A DNA stretch of 64,000 bases, taken from NCBI GenBank assembly GCA_946636615.1, contig CAMPBE010000003.1, forward strand, positions 15,928-79,927, read 5' to 3'. The number at the start of each line of letters is the position of its first letter. Within the stretch, counting starts at the first letter, position 1. The notes beneath the pieces are model-generated. The model was not told where the DNA came from. It saw nothing but the letters and a program-made list of their open reading frames with translations, and did no database searches. The DNA comes from an uncultured bacterium (GTDB lineage: Bacteria; Cyanobacteriota; Vampirovibrionia; Gastranaerophilales; Gastranaerophilaceae). Below, one piece after another: positions 9,048 to 18,162 of the stretch. The position numbers and the translations under genes are program-made.

Positions 9048-11408
9048 ATGGATATTGTGGAAAAAAGCTTTAAAGCATTAGAATTTGATAAAATAGTTGA
9101 GAATCTTTCTAATTTTGCAAAAACCAAACAAAGCAAAGAATTATGTCTGTCATTATTGCCAAATGATGATATTGTTGTGATAAATAAAGATTTGCAATGT
9201 ACAAGGGAAGCTAAATATATATTAGATTTACCTAACGACATTCCAATTGAATTTGTTGCTGATATAAAATTAATAAAGAACAATTTAGGAGCGCATTATC
9301 TTTCTGAAGAAGAATTGATTGATGTCGCAAAAACTCTTAAGTCATCAAGACTTGTCAAAAAATTTTTGACAGATAATTTGGATGATAGAGCATTAATTCG
9401 TCAAATGACTCAAAATTTAATTTTAGACAGAGAGCTTGAAGAAAAAATTTTTAATACTTTTGATGAAAATTTGTGCGTAAGACCTGATGCTACACCTGAG
9501 TTGAATGGTTTGTATTCTGCTTTAAAAGATAATGAAAAAAATCTAAAGAATACCGTTGCATCGCTTTTAAATTCTCCGGATTTTCAAAAATATTTGCAGG
9601 AAAATATATATACAACACGTGATGACAGAATCGTATTTCAGGTTATGGCATCTGCTAAAAATAAAGTAAAAGGAATTATTCATGATGTTTCTGCAACGAA
9701 TAAAACGTTCTATATTGAACCTGAGCAGATTGTTCCTTTGAATAACAAAATAAGAGAGATAAAATCGCATATTAATTCAGAAATTATAAAAATACTTGCA
9801 GGCCTGACAAATCTTGTTAAAGATGAGATAAATGCAATTTCTTTGAGTGAAGATATATTAGCTAAAATTGATTTTTGTTTTGCGAAAGCAAGATATGCTG
9901 TGAAGCTCCACGCTGTGGAACCTGAAATTGTAACCTCAAAGATAGTTGAAATTTTATCTATGAGACATCCTTTACTGAATGTGGAAAATGTTGTGACCAA
10001 TGATTTTGAGATAGGAAAAGATTACAAGTCAGTTGTTATAACAGGTTCAAATACAGGTGGTAAAACCGTTACCATAAAAACTATAGGCTTATTTATTCTG
10101 ATGGCAAAAGCCGGATTGTTTTTGCCCTGCATAAATGCGAAAATTTATCCTTTTCAAAAAGTATTTGCAGATATCGGGGATGATCAGAGCATTTTGCAAA
10201 ACCTTTCAACATTTTCATCACATATGACTCATATTATTGATATTTTAAACCAAAGTGATTCAAAAACTTTTGTTTTGCTTGATGAAATATGTGCAGGTAC
10301 AGATCCTGTAGAGGGTGCAGTTTTGGCGAGGGTTATTTTGGAAAAACTTGCAGAGAAAGAAGTTTTATCAACAATAACAACTCATTACGGAGAATTGAAG
10401 GCTTTAGAGTATACAAATCCATATTTTAAAAATGCATCCGTTGAATTTAATACAGAGACTTTAAAACCTACATATAAGTTGATGATGGGAATACCGGGAC
10501 TTAGTAATGCAATATCTATAGCTGCAAATTTAGGATTAGATAAAGAGTTAGCGCAAAAGGCTAAAGATATAATAGTTTCATCAAAAGATCCTTCAATGGT
10601 TGTGGTTGAAAAACTTCAAGAAACTCAGGCAGAGCTGGCAAAAAATCTTAAAGAAGCTGAAGAATTGAAAGAATCTTCTAAAAATATAAAAGAAGAATAT
10701 CAATTAAATCTTGAAGCCGTAAAAAAAGATAAGAAAAAAACAGTAAAAAACATAAAAGACAAATTTGACAGAGAATTACTTTCCGTAAAGGCTGAGATAA
10801 AAGAAATTATTGATGAATTAAGACGAGAGAAATCAGAAAAAATAGCACGTCGCTCGTATGCAAGACTTGCACAAACAGAACAAAAATTCAGAGAAAAATT
10901 ATCCGAATTTGATGAAAAACAAAAGTATGCACCGATTGATTGGTCTACTGTTAAAGTTAATGATAAATTGATATTAAAAGAACTTAATCAACCTGTTGTT
11001 TTGCTTACACAGCCTGACAAAAATGATTATGTATTGGTTCAGATGGGAAATATTAAAACTAAAGTTAAAACAAAAAAACTTGCACCGTATGATTCTTCAT
11101 ATGAAAGAAAAGAAAATGTATATAAACCAAATTCTTTTGAACATTTTGAACTTAGAAAAATCAATATTGCAAGTACGTTGGATTTGAGAGGCTATAAGGT
11201 TGAAGAAGCTTTAGACAGTCTTGAAACTTATTTAGATAAAGCAAGTCTTGCAAATCTTGCCTGCGTAACAATTATCCACGGACATGGAACAGGTGCGTTA
11301 AAATCCGCAGTTAGAGATTTCCTTTCAACTTCGCCGTATGTTGCAAAGTTCAGAGTCGGTGAAGATTCGGAAGGCGGAGATGGTGTGAGTGTTGTTGATA
11401 TAAATTGA
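9048..11408 (+). CDS. mutS2: Endonuclease MutS2 (MutS ATPase plus C-terminal Smr domain)
   Basis: Walker A GSNTGGKT, DEICAGTD, and an Smr domain with LDLRGYKVEEA...HGHGTGALK. The start is set at the ATG (MDIVEKSF) rather than the upstream TTG used by the ORF track. Confidence 0.93.
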   Translation: MDIVEKSFKALEFDKIVENLSNFAKTKQSKELCLSLLPNDDIVVINKDLQCTREAKYILDLPNDIPIEFVADIKLIKNNLGAHYLSEEELIDVAKTLKSSRLVKKFLTDNLDDRALIRQMTQNLILDRELEEKIFNTFDENLCVRPDATPELNGLYSALKDNEKNLKNTVASLLNSPDFQKYLQENIYTTRDDRIVFQVMASAKNKVKGIIHDVSATNKTFYIEPEQIVPLNNKIREIKSHINSEIIKILAGLTNLVKDEINAISLSEDILAKIDFCFAKARYAVKLHAVEPEIVTSKIVEILSMRHPLLNVENVVTNDFEIGKDYKSVVITGSNTGGKTVTIKTIGLFILMAKAGLFLPCINAKIYPFQKVFADIGDDQSILQNLSTFSSHMTHIIDILNQSDSKTFVLLDEICAGTDPVEGAVLARVILEKLAEKEVLSTITTHYGELKALEYTNPYFKNASVEFNTETLKPTYKLMMGIPGLSNAISIAANLGLDKELAQKAKDIIVSSKDPSMVVVEKLQETQAELAKNLKEAEELKESSKNIKEEYQLNLEAVKKDKKKTVKNIKDKFDRELLSVKAEIKEIIDELRREKSEKIARRSYARLAQTEQKFREKLSEFDEKQKYAPIDWSTVKVNDKLILKELNQPVVLLTQPDKNDYVLVQMGNIKTKVKTKKLAPYDSSYERKENVYKPNSFEHFELRKINIASTLDLRGYKVEEALDSLETYLDKASLANLACVTIIHGHGTGALKSAVRDFLSTSPYVAKFRVGEDSEGGDGVSVVDIN

Positions 11409-11475
11409 TTTTATTATTCCAAGCTTGATTCAGAATTTATAAACAACTATAATATTTTTTATAAGGAGAAATTAT

Positions 11476-12639
11476 ATGTCTATAGAAGAAATAAGAAAAG
11501 AACATGAACTTGTAGATTTGTTTTGTACTTTGGCGGAAATTCCATCACCATCTTTACATGAAGAAAATGTGGCAAATTGGATAAAAGATTATTGCGATAA
11601 AAATAATATTCCCTGCAGGCTTGATGATTATGGAAACATAAGGATAGAAATTCCTGCAACTGCAGAGGGTAAGGAATCATTGTTGTTATCTTCTCATATG
11701 GATGTAATAGGTGATGATAGTCCGGTAAAAACATATTTGGATGAATGCGGAAATATTCATGCAGAAGGCAGGACACTTGGCGGAGACGATAAAGCAGGAG
11801 TCGCAAATGCTCTTTTGCTTGCGAAAGAAATAGCAAATTCCGATATGGCTCATGGTGGCTTGGAATGTGTGTTTACAAGAGATGAAGAATCCGGCATGTC
11901 AGGTATTCGCCATGTCAATTTTAAAGATATAAAATCTAAATATCTTCTTGTTTGTGATAGCGATACACTTGGACAGTTAGAAATTTCAGGTGCTAGTTAT
12001 ACGCAAGTAAGAATTGAGGTTCACAGTCATAAAGGTGGTCATTCAGGTATTGATATCGGTGATAAAACAAGAGCTAATGCCGCAAAATTGATTGCAAATT
12101 TAATAGCAAGATTGCCTCAAGGCGTTTTTTATGAAGAAGGCGGAATGGTTGTTACATCATGTAACTTAGGCGGAATTGATGCCGGAAAAATTGAAGTTAC
12201 AAATATTATTAACTCTGATGCTGCAGTAAGCTATTCTATAAGAAGCTCAAGTCGTAAAAAGGAAGATGAATTAAAAGCGTTGATGTCAAAAACTGTTGAA
12301 GATTTTCAGGCAGAAGTGGCAGATGTAGCAAATGTTTCAATTAGTTTTAAAGAACATGTTCCTCCGTTTGAAAAAGTTGATGATGAATATATTCCTATAC
12401 TTTTCGAAGCTGCTGCAAAAAAAGCAGGAGTAAAACCCGATATTACATCGTTCCATGCTGCAGCAGAAACTCATATTTATGCTAATGAAACAAATTCAAA
12501 AGGTGAAAAATTTATTCCATATTTGGTTGGGCTTGCTACCGTATGTAATATGCATACCAAAGATGAATATTTAGACTATAATTCAATGCTAAAAGGCCAT
12601 GTTCTTCTAAAAGAATTTTTTGAAGCTTTTAACAAATAA
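11476..12639 (+). CDS. M20-family metallopeptidase (PepT/PepD-like)
   Basis: 387-aa ORF with SSHMDV, GGDDKAGVA and TRDEESGMSG metal-ligand motifs, preceded by AAGGAG. Confidence 0.8.
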   Translation: MSIEEIRKEHELVDLFCTLAEIPSPSLHEENVANWIKDYCDKNNIPCRLDDYGNIRIEIPATAEGKESLLLSSHMDVIGDDSPVKTYLDECGNIHAEGRTLGGDDKAGVANALLLAKEIANSDMAHGGLECVFTRDEESGMSGIRHVNFKDIKSKYLLVCDSDTLGQLEISGASYTQVRIEVHSHKGGHSGIDIGDKTRANAAKLIANLIARLPQGVFYEEGGMVVTSCNLGGIDAGKIEVTNIINSDAAVSYSIRSSSRKKEDELKALMSKTVEDFQAEVADVANVSISFKEHVPPFEKVDDEYIPILFEAAAKKAGVKPDITSFHAAAETHIYANETNSKGEKFIPYLVGLATVCNMHTKDEYLDYNSMLKGHVLLKEFFEAFNK

Positions 12640-12640
12640 A

Positions 12641-12660
12641 AAGAGCCTTTTGGCTCTTTT
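12641..12660. terminator. Bidirectional intrinsic terminator between convergent genes
   Basis: AAGAGCC-TTTT-GGCTCTT followed by a T-run, with an A-run upstream. Confidence 0.7.
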
Positions 12661-12661
12661 T

Positions 12662-14572
12662 TTAGCTGAATGCTTTGAATGATCTTTCTACGTTTTTATT
12701 TATAACTTCTTTTATTGATTCGTATTCGGTTTGTAATGCATTGTGTTCTGTGTCGAGTTTTTTTAAATCTTGATCATATTTTTTGTCTTTATTTTCAATT
12801 TCAGTAACCGTATTTTTATATTGAACTTCTGCAATTGCTATTGCAACTTCATCATCTTGAGATACAATGTCAACTGCACTCGTGTATGCTTTAGAAACCC
12901 AATCGAATTGTCCCATGTCCGGATATTTTGCAGAACCGTCTTCAAAGAATGTCGCTTGTTCTAATGTTACTATTCCGTGTTCTAAAGCGAACTTCAACCA
13001 TTCAGAATTGTTCAAAAGATTTTCTTCAAGTTCTACAAAATTGCTTTTGTCAATTTCTTCCGTATGACCAACTTTTGCACCGCCTCCCATACGATACCAC
13101 AGATTTGTGTACCATTGAAATTTAGCATCTTTTTCATCAGGAACTTCTTTTGTAGGCTCACCAAGTTTCAATATAGCATCTTGTACTTTTTGCGCTAATT
13201 CTGCAAAGCTATCTATCCATTCATTTACTTTTTGGCATAAGGCATTGTATCCAGTTTGCCAATCGTTATGTTTTGCTTCATAATTAGTATATAGTTGATT
13301 TCTGTATGTTTCGAAATTTGCTTTGATTTCTGCATCTAGTTTTGTCTGTAATCCTGATAAATTGTCGTACATTAGATTCCACCTATTAACTAAATCTGAA
13401 TTGCTACAGCCACCTGTTGTTGATGTTATGCTATATCTGCCAGAATTTAATTCTGTAGTTCTGCTGCCAACACATCCATTTTTGTCTAATGTGTTAACAA
13501 CATCACAGTATAAATCTATTATTGATTGTTTTGTGTCTTGAACACATGTATATTCTGAAAAAGTATTTAGTGCATTACCAAGAGCCGAAGATGTTTCGGT
13601 ATAACCAAATTGTAAATTAGTTAAAGAAACATAATCCTCTTTTGGATTATTTGCAGTAATTGTAATATTTTGTGATGAATTTTGAATTGTAGAATTGCCG
13701 TTATAAATGCCATCTCTACCCCATAGTAGTGCAGCTAGGTTGTGTTCCATATGACCTATACCATCATGTGAGTCTCCAACTGCACTATGACATTGTTGTC
13801 CGTTATATGCAGTTACTAATGATGCGAAGTCTGGTGATGAAGGTTTTACAGGTTCAGTCCAAGTTGGTTCGTCACCTATTGCATATGTTGGTGGATTTGT
13901 GATTGTATTTACATATTTGCCAGTTAAACCACTTGATCTTATTAAATCATATATTCCTGATGTAGTATCGTTTATTGTGGTGCCGATACCTGAAGTTAGA
14001 CTGTTATAATCTGCAAGAGTGTGTGGAATAGTGGCAAAATTATTGTATATTGTACTTGCAACTGAATTAATTCTGTTCAAATATTCAGAAAGTTTATTTT
14101 GTACATCTCCGACTGAGGTAACATCTGTTGCTGTTAAATATTCAGCCCATTCATCGCCTAATATTGTTTGCAATTGATCTGCGTATTCATCGTTATCTAC
14201 AGTAACAGTATTAACACCGTTCAATTTCATGTATTCAAGGTAATCTCCATTTGCAGCCATATATGTTTTTATATCAGAACCTGATAATAAAATTTGACCG
14301 TTTGTGTTTACCATTGCATATTGATTTTTTAAATCACCATAGCCCAATAAAACATTTGCTGTCAACGGAGTATATGTTTTATCTCCGTTTGCATCATATT
14401 GACCGAATACCAATTTTTTTGAAGCCAAAGCATCCATGTACTTTTGGCTTGCTTCTGTTGATTGAGTCGCAAGTCTTAATTTAGAATTTGTAATTGTCTG
14501 CGCACGAAATTCATTGTTAGTCAATCGACTTGTAATACTTAGTAATCGCGCTTGTGATGCGGACATTCCCAT
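12662..14572 (-). CDS. Unknown 636-aa protein, paralog 1 of a pair with conserved helical termini and a variable core
   Basis: Long ORF. The start is placed at MGMSASQARLL (AAAGGA upstream) by analogy with paralog 36362..38473. Both termini align with that paralog (see findings). No signal peptide was seen. Confidence 0.85.
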   Translation of the reverse strand: MGMSASQARLLSITSRLTNNEFRAQTITNSKLRLATQSTEASQKYMDALASKKLVFGQYDANGDKTYTPLTANVLLGYGDLKNQYAMVNTNGQILLSGSDIKTYMAANGDYLEYMKLNGVNTVTVDNDEYADQLQTILGDEWAEYLTATDVTSVGDVQNKLSEYLNRINSVASTIYNNFATIPHTLADYNSLTSGIGTTINDTTSGIYDLIRSSGLTGKYVNTITNPPTYAIGDEPTWTEPVKPSSPDFASLVTAYNGQQCHSAVGDSHDGIGHMEHNLAALLWGRDGIYNGNSTIQNSSQNITITANNPKEDYVSLTNLQFGYTETSSALGNALNTFSEYTCVQDTKQSIIDLYCDVVNTLDKNGCVGSRTTELNSGRYSITSTTGGCSNSDLVNRWNLMYDNLSGLQTKLDAEIKANFETYRNQLYTNYEAKHNDWQTGYNALCQKVNEWIDSFAELAQKVQDAILKLGEPTKEVPDEKDAKFQWYTNLWYRMGGGAKVGHTEEIDKSNFVELEENLLNNSEWLKFALEHGIVTLEQATFFEDGSAKYPDMGQFDWVSKAYTSAVDIVSQDDEVAIAIAEVQYKNTVTEIENKDKKYDQDLKKLDTEHNALQTEYESIKEVINKNVERSFKAFS

Positions 14573-14672
14573 AATACATGAATCCTTTCTCATGTTGTAT
14601 TACGGTATATGTGGGGCAATTCTTTAATACTTTTAAGTAATTGTAAAGTTATGTTAATAATAAAAATTTTTG

Positions 14673-14698
14673 CAAAAAAAAAGACCCTTTCGGGTCTT
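14673..14698 (-). terminator. Intrinsic terminator after the SLT gene
   Basis: The minus strand reads AGACCC-GAAA-GGGTCT followed by T9. Confidence 0.75.
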
Positions 14699-14701
14699 CT
14701 C

Positions 14702-15352
14702 TTATATTGAAACTGTTAATGTTTCTAATTTTAATTCTATAGGATTTTCTTCTATTATTTCTGTTTCTAAATCCGATGCATTAACAATCTGTCCTGCGGG
14801 TGCCATTTTATATTCCGCTTTGGCTTTTGGAATGTTTGTTTTTGGAGCTTGTGCTGTATATGTTCCGGATTTTACCTTTGCAACTATAGGATCAGGAGTT
14901 GTTTTTTGTCTCTTTACATCTGCAGTAATTTTTCTAACAAAATTTCTTGTTTCTGCATATGGTGGAATTGAGTTATTATATTTTTTTACATTTCCAGGGC
15001 CTGCATTATATGCTGCAAGCGCTAATTCTACGGAACCAAACATGTTATACATTTTTTTGTAATACATAATTCCGCCTTTAATATTGTCATTTAATGAATA
15101 TGGGTTTAATCCCATTCTTCTTGCAGTAGACGGCATCAATTGAAATACTCCCACTGCACCGTGTGAACTTCTTGCTTCATGTCTAAATCCTGACTCAGTA
15201 CGTGCAATACTAAGAGCTATAGCAGGATCTACACCCATTGAAATAGCGTGTTTTACTATTTTTGCTTTTACAGCGTTCACATCTGTTGCTTGCGCAGGCG
15301 CATTAACAAATATTGCACACAGCAGTGTAAAAGTTAATAATAGTTTCTTCAA
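14702..15352 (-). CDS. Secreted lytic transglycosylase (SLT domain)
   Basis: 216-aa ORF with a TTG start after AGAGGA and a signal peptide. It carries the SLT catalytic motif ESGFRHEA...GVFQLMPSTA...AYNAGPGNV. Confidence 0.85.
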   Translation of the reverse strand: MKKLLLTFTLLCAIFVNAPAQATDVNAVKAKIVKHAISMGVDPAIALSIARTESGFRHEARSSHGAVGVFQLMPSTARRMGLNPYSLNDNIKGGIMYYKKMYNMFGSVELALAAYNAGPGNVKKYNNSIPPYAETRNFVRKITADVKRQKTTPDPIVAKVKSGTYTAQAPKTNIPKAKAEYKMAPAGQIVNASDLETEIIEENPIELKLETLTVSI

Positions 15353-15581
15353 AATGTAATCCTCTTGTTGTAAATTGAGATCCTTAAAAATTCCCTAACG
15401 ATCTGTTTCTTCGGCTACGATCCAAAACTTTTAAAGATGTTTATGTTTATATAATAATACAAAAGTTTTTAAAAATCAAGTGTAGGGCTTACACTCAATT
15501 ATATCCTTGATTTTTGATTACTTGAAAATTTTATTTTTATGTTAATATAAGTTATATTAGGAAAAAAGAGAGGTTGTATTT

Positions 15582-16385
15582 ATGGAAAACAAAAAATTGG
15601 CTGATATTGGTGTGTTTGGAGGCTCAGGCTTTTATAAATTTTTAGATAATATTGAAGAAATTAAAGTTGAAACTCCTTATGGTATGCCAAGTGAAAATTT
15701 ATTTATTGGTCAAATCGGTGACCATAAGGTTGCATTTATGCCAAGACATGGTAGAAACCATACAATATTACCTCATTTAATTAATTACAGAGCAAATGTT
15801 TGGGCTATGAAGCACATCGGTTGTGAAAGGGTGATTTCTCCTTGTGCTGCAGGTAGTTTGCAAAAATATGTGAAACCCGGTGATTTTGTTGTATGTGATC
15901 AATTCGTTGATTGGACTGATGGTAGAAAATCAACTTTTTTTGAAGGCCCTATTGTAACTCATCCTTCTGCGGCTGAAACATATTGTCCGGAACTTAGAAA
16001 TCTTGCAATTAAAACAGCAAAAGATTTAGGGATTACTGTTCATGAATCAGGTACTGTTGTTGTAGTTAACGGACCAAGATTTTCAACTAAATCAGAGTCT
16101 AAATTCTTTACAAATCAAGGCTGGGAAGTTATAAATATGACAGCTTTTCCTGAAGCTTATCTTGTAAAAGAAATGGATATGTGCCCATTGAATATTTCTT
16201 TAATTACTGATTATGATGCAGGGTTAGTTGGAGATGTGCCACCGGTTTCTCACCAAGAAGTTATTGAAGTATTTAATTCTAATGTTGCAAATTTAAAAAA
16301 TCTTTTATTCAAGATGATAGAAAATATTCCTGCAACAAGAGAAAATTGTGATTGTAAAAATACAAAGAAAAATTCTCAGTTATAA
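15582..16385 (+). CDS. mtnP: S-methyl-5'-thioadenosine phosphorylase
   Basis: 267-aa PNP/MTAP-family ORF with GVFGGSG, FMPRHGRNH and INMTAFPE. Confidence 0.9.
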   Translation: MENKKLADIGVFGGSGFYKFLDNIEEIKVETPYGMPSENLFIGQIGDHKVAFMPRHGRNHTILPHLINYRANVWAMKHIGCERVISPCAAGSLQKYVKPGDFVVCDQFVDWTDGRKSTFFEGPIVTHPSAAETYCPELRNLAIKTAKDLGITVHESGTVVVVNGPRFSTKSESKFFTNQGWEVINMTAFPEAYLVKEMDMCPLNISLITDYDAGLVGDVPPVSHQEVIEVFNSNVANLKNLLFKMIENIPATRENCDCKNTKKNSQL

Positions 16386-16390
16386 ATTTT

Positions 16391-16458
16391 GTCATTCTGA
16401 GGCAGAATTAGTGAGATTCTTCGCTGCTCTCAGAATGACGTTTTAGCCGAAGAATCTC
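16391..16458. repeat. Interleaved-palindrome intergenic element, copy 1
   Basis: GTCATTCTGAG (16391-16401) pairs with CTCAGAATGAC (16429-16439). GAGATTCTTCG (16413-16423) pairs with CGAAGAATCTC (16448-16458). The arms are interleaved in the order A-B-A'-B'. Confidence 0.8.
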
Positions 16459-16471
16459 AAAGAAATATAAT

Positions 16472-16741
16472 ATGATAGATAATTTAATATTTGTAGTAAA
16501 TAATTTATTTCAAATTTATTTTTGGTTAATTCTTGTAAGGTGTTTGCTCAGCTTTATTCCGTCTATAGATTGGTATAAACAACCCTTTCAGGGAATAAAG
16601 GATGTAACTGATTTATATCTGAATTTGTTTAGAAAAGTTGTTCCGCCTTTTAATGGGGTTGATTTTTCTCCAATTGTTGCAATTATAGTTTTACAATTAT
16701 TAAATTATATTTTAGTATTTGGGTTGCTAATGTTTAAATAG
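16472..16741 (+). CDS. yggT: YggT/Ycf19-family membrane protein
   Basis: 89-aa ORF with two TM segments and the YggT-like pattern LLIVRCLLSFIP...DLYLNLFRKVVPP..G.DFSPIVA. Confidence 0.75.
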   Translation: MIDNLIFVVNNLFQIYFWLILVRCLLSFIPSIDWYKQPFQGIKDVTDLYLNLFRKVVPPFNGVDFSPIVAIIVLQLLNYILVFGLLMFK

Positions 16742-16821
16742 ATTGTTGTAGAAAATGTAATTAATGTTTATTAATTCTTTACAACTTGTAAAAAAATGGG
16801 TGTTAATATATAATCCTTGTT

Positions 16822-18162
16822 ATGAAAATAGTAATATACGGTGCTACAGAAATCGGCTGTTTGTTGGCAACTGAGTTTTTTGAAGACCATGATATAACAA
16901 TAATTGATAAAGAAGAAAATAGAGCCAAGGAACTTAGCAGTCTTGATATTAGTTTTGTTGCAGGTAATGCATCTAATATAGATGTGTTAAAGAGTGCCGA
17001 TATTAAAAATGCGGATATATTTATAGCCTGTACAAATACAGATGAGGCAAATATTGTTGCTTGCCTTTCAGCAAAGCAATATGGTGGAGTCAGAACAATA
17101 TGTTTTGTAAACCGAGAAGAATATAAGAATACACTTAATTTTGAAAAAAATAGTGAGCAATCAAAGAATTTCTTTATAGATTATATAATTTGGCCAGAAG
17201 AATTACTTTCTCAGGAAATTTTCAGAATTGTTACTGTTGCACAAGCTTTGGATGTTGAAAATTTTGCAGACGGCAGAGCAAGATTGTTGGAATATAAGGT
17301 GCAGTCAAATCCTTCTATAACAGGCAAAAAACTCAAAGAATGCGGATTTACTCAAGATACTTTAATGGTTGGGCTAACAAGGAACGGTGAATTGTTTATT
17401 CCAAATGGTGATACTGAAATTCAAGACGAAGATAAATTGATTTTTATGGGTAATGTTCATTCACTGAATATACTTGCGGGAACATTTTTCCATGAAAAAG
17501 ATCCTGTTAAAAATGTTGCAATAATAGGTGGAGGTACTGTTGGGAGAATTCTTGCAAGATCTTTGGAAACGTTAAAAATTAAGACAAAAATTATTGAAAA
17601 AGACCATGAAAGATGTGAATTTTTGGCTGAAAATCTTACGAATACTCTTATTATAAATGGCGATGGAACAAATATGCAGCTTCTTGATGAAGAGGAAATA
17701 GGTTCTGCTGATGTTGTTATTAGTATTACAAATAACGATGAAAGAAATCTTTTATGTTCTTTGTTGGCAAAACAATTAGGAGCAAAAAGAGTTATTTCAA
17801 GAGTTTCAAAAGTTTTAAATATACCGTTATTTGAAAAAGTGGGTATTGATATTGCTATTTCTGCAAAAAATGCGGCTTTGAATGAGGTAAAAAATGATTT
17901 GCAGGAAAACAATGTGGATATTTTAGCGACTGTTGAGCAAGGGCAGGGTGAAGTTTTGGAAATTGCAGTTGTTTCTGAATTTGACGGTAAAAAAATTATG
18001 GATTTAAAATTTCCTGCAAGGGCTGTTGTAGGTGTTGTTCAACGCAGAAATAAAGTTATTATTCCAAAGGGTGATACTGAAATTCATGAAGATGATATTT
18101 TAATAATATTTACAACTGCTGAGAATGCGGATCAAATAAAAAATTTCTTTAAGGTGAACTAA
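16822..18162 (+). CDS. trkA: Trk potassium uptake system NAD-binding subunit TrkA
   Basis: 446-aa ORF with duplicated TrkA-N Rossmann and TrkA-C modules (IYGATEIG, IIGGGTVG), immediately followed by trkH. Confidence 0.9.
   Translation: MKIVIYGATEIGCLLATEFFEDHDITIIDKEENRAKELSSLDISFVAGNASNIDVLKSADIKNADIFIACTNTDEANIVACLSAKQYGGVRTICFVNREEYKNTLNFEKNSEQSKNFFIDYIIWPEELLSQEIFRIVTVAQALDVENFADGRARLLEYKVQSNPSITGKKLKECGFTQDTLMVGLTRNGELFIPNGDTEIQDEDKLIFMGNVHSLNILAGTFFHEKDPVKNVAIIGGGTVGRILARSLETLKIKTKIIEKDHERCEFLAENLTNTLIINGDGTNMQLLDEEEIGSADVVISITNNDERNLLCSLLAKQLGAKRVISRVSKVLNIPLFEKVGIDIAISAKNAALNEVKNDLQENNVDILATVEQGQGEVLEIAVVSEFDGKKIMDLKFPARAVVGVVQRRNKVIIPKGDTEIHEDDILIIFTTAENADQIKNFFKVN

Noticed and set aside
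9020-9283. 87-aa minus-strand ORF overlapping the mutS2 start
   Set aside because: It is antisense to the conserved mutS2 N-terminus, with no RBS and no motif.
12662-14572. Calling the paralog pair bona fide flagellin (fliC/hag)
   Set aside because: Only the architecture and one promoter resemble flagellin. None of the conserved flagellin N- or C-terminal sequence signatures is recognisable by eye, and paralog 1 has several cysteines. They are left as unknown proteins.
15353-15581. Possible riboswitch or leader upstream of mtnP (nested inverted repeats AAAAATCAAG...CTTGATTTTT around GTGTA-GGGCT-TACAC)
   Set aside because: I could not match it to SAM, SAH or any other riboswitch consensus I know. 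The palindromes could equally be a divergent-promoter operator. The evidence is too weak to annotate.
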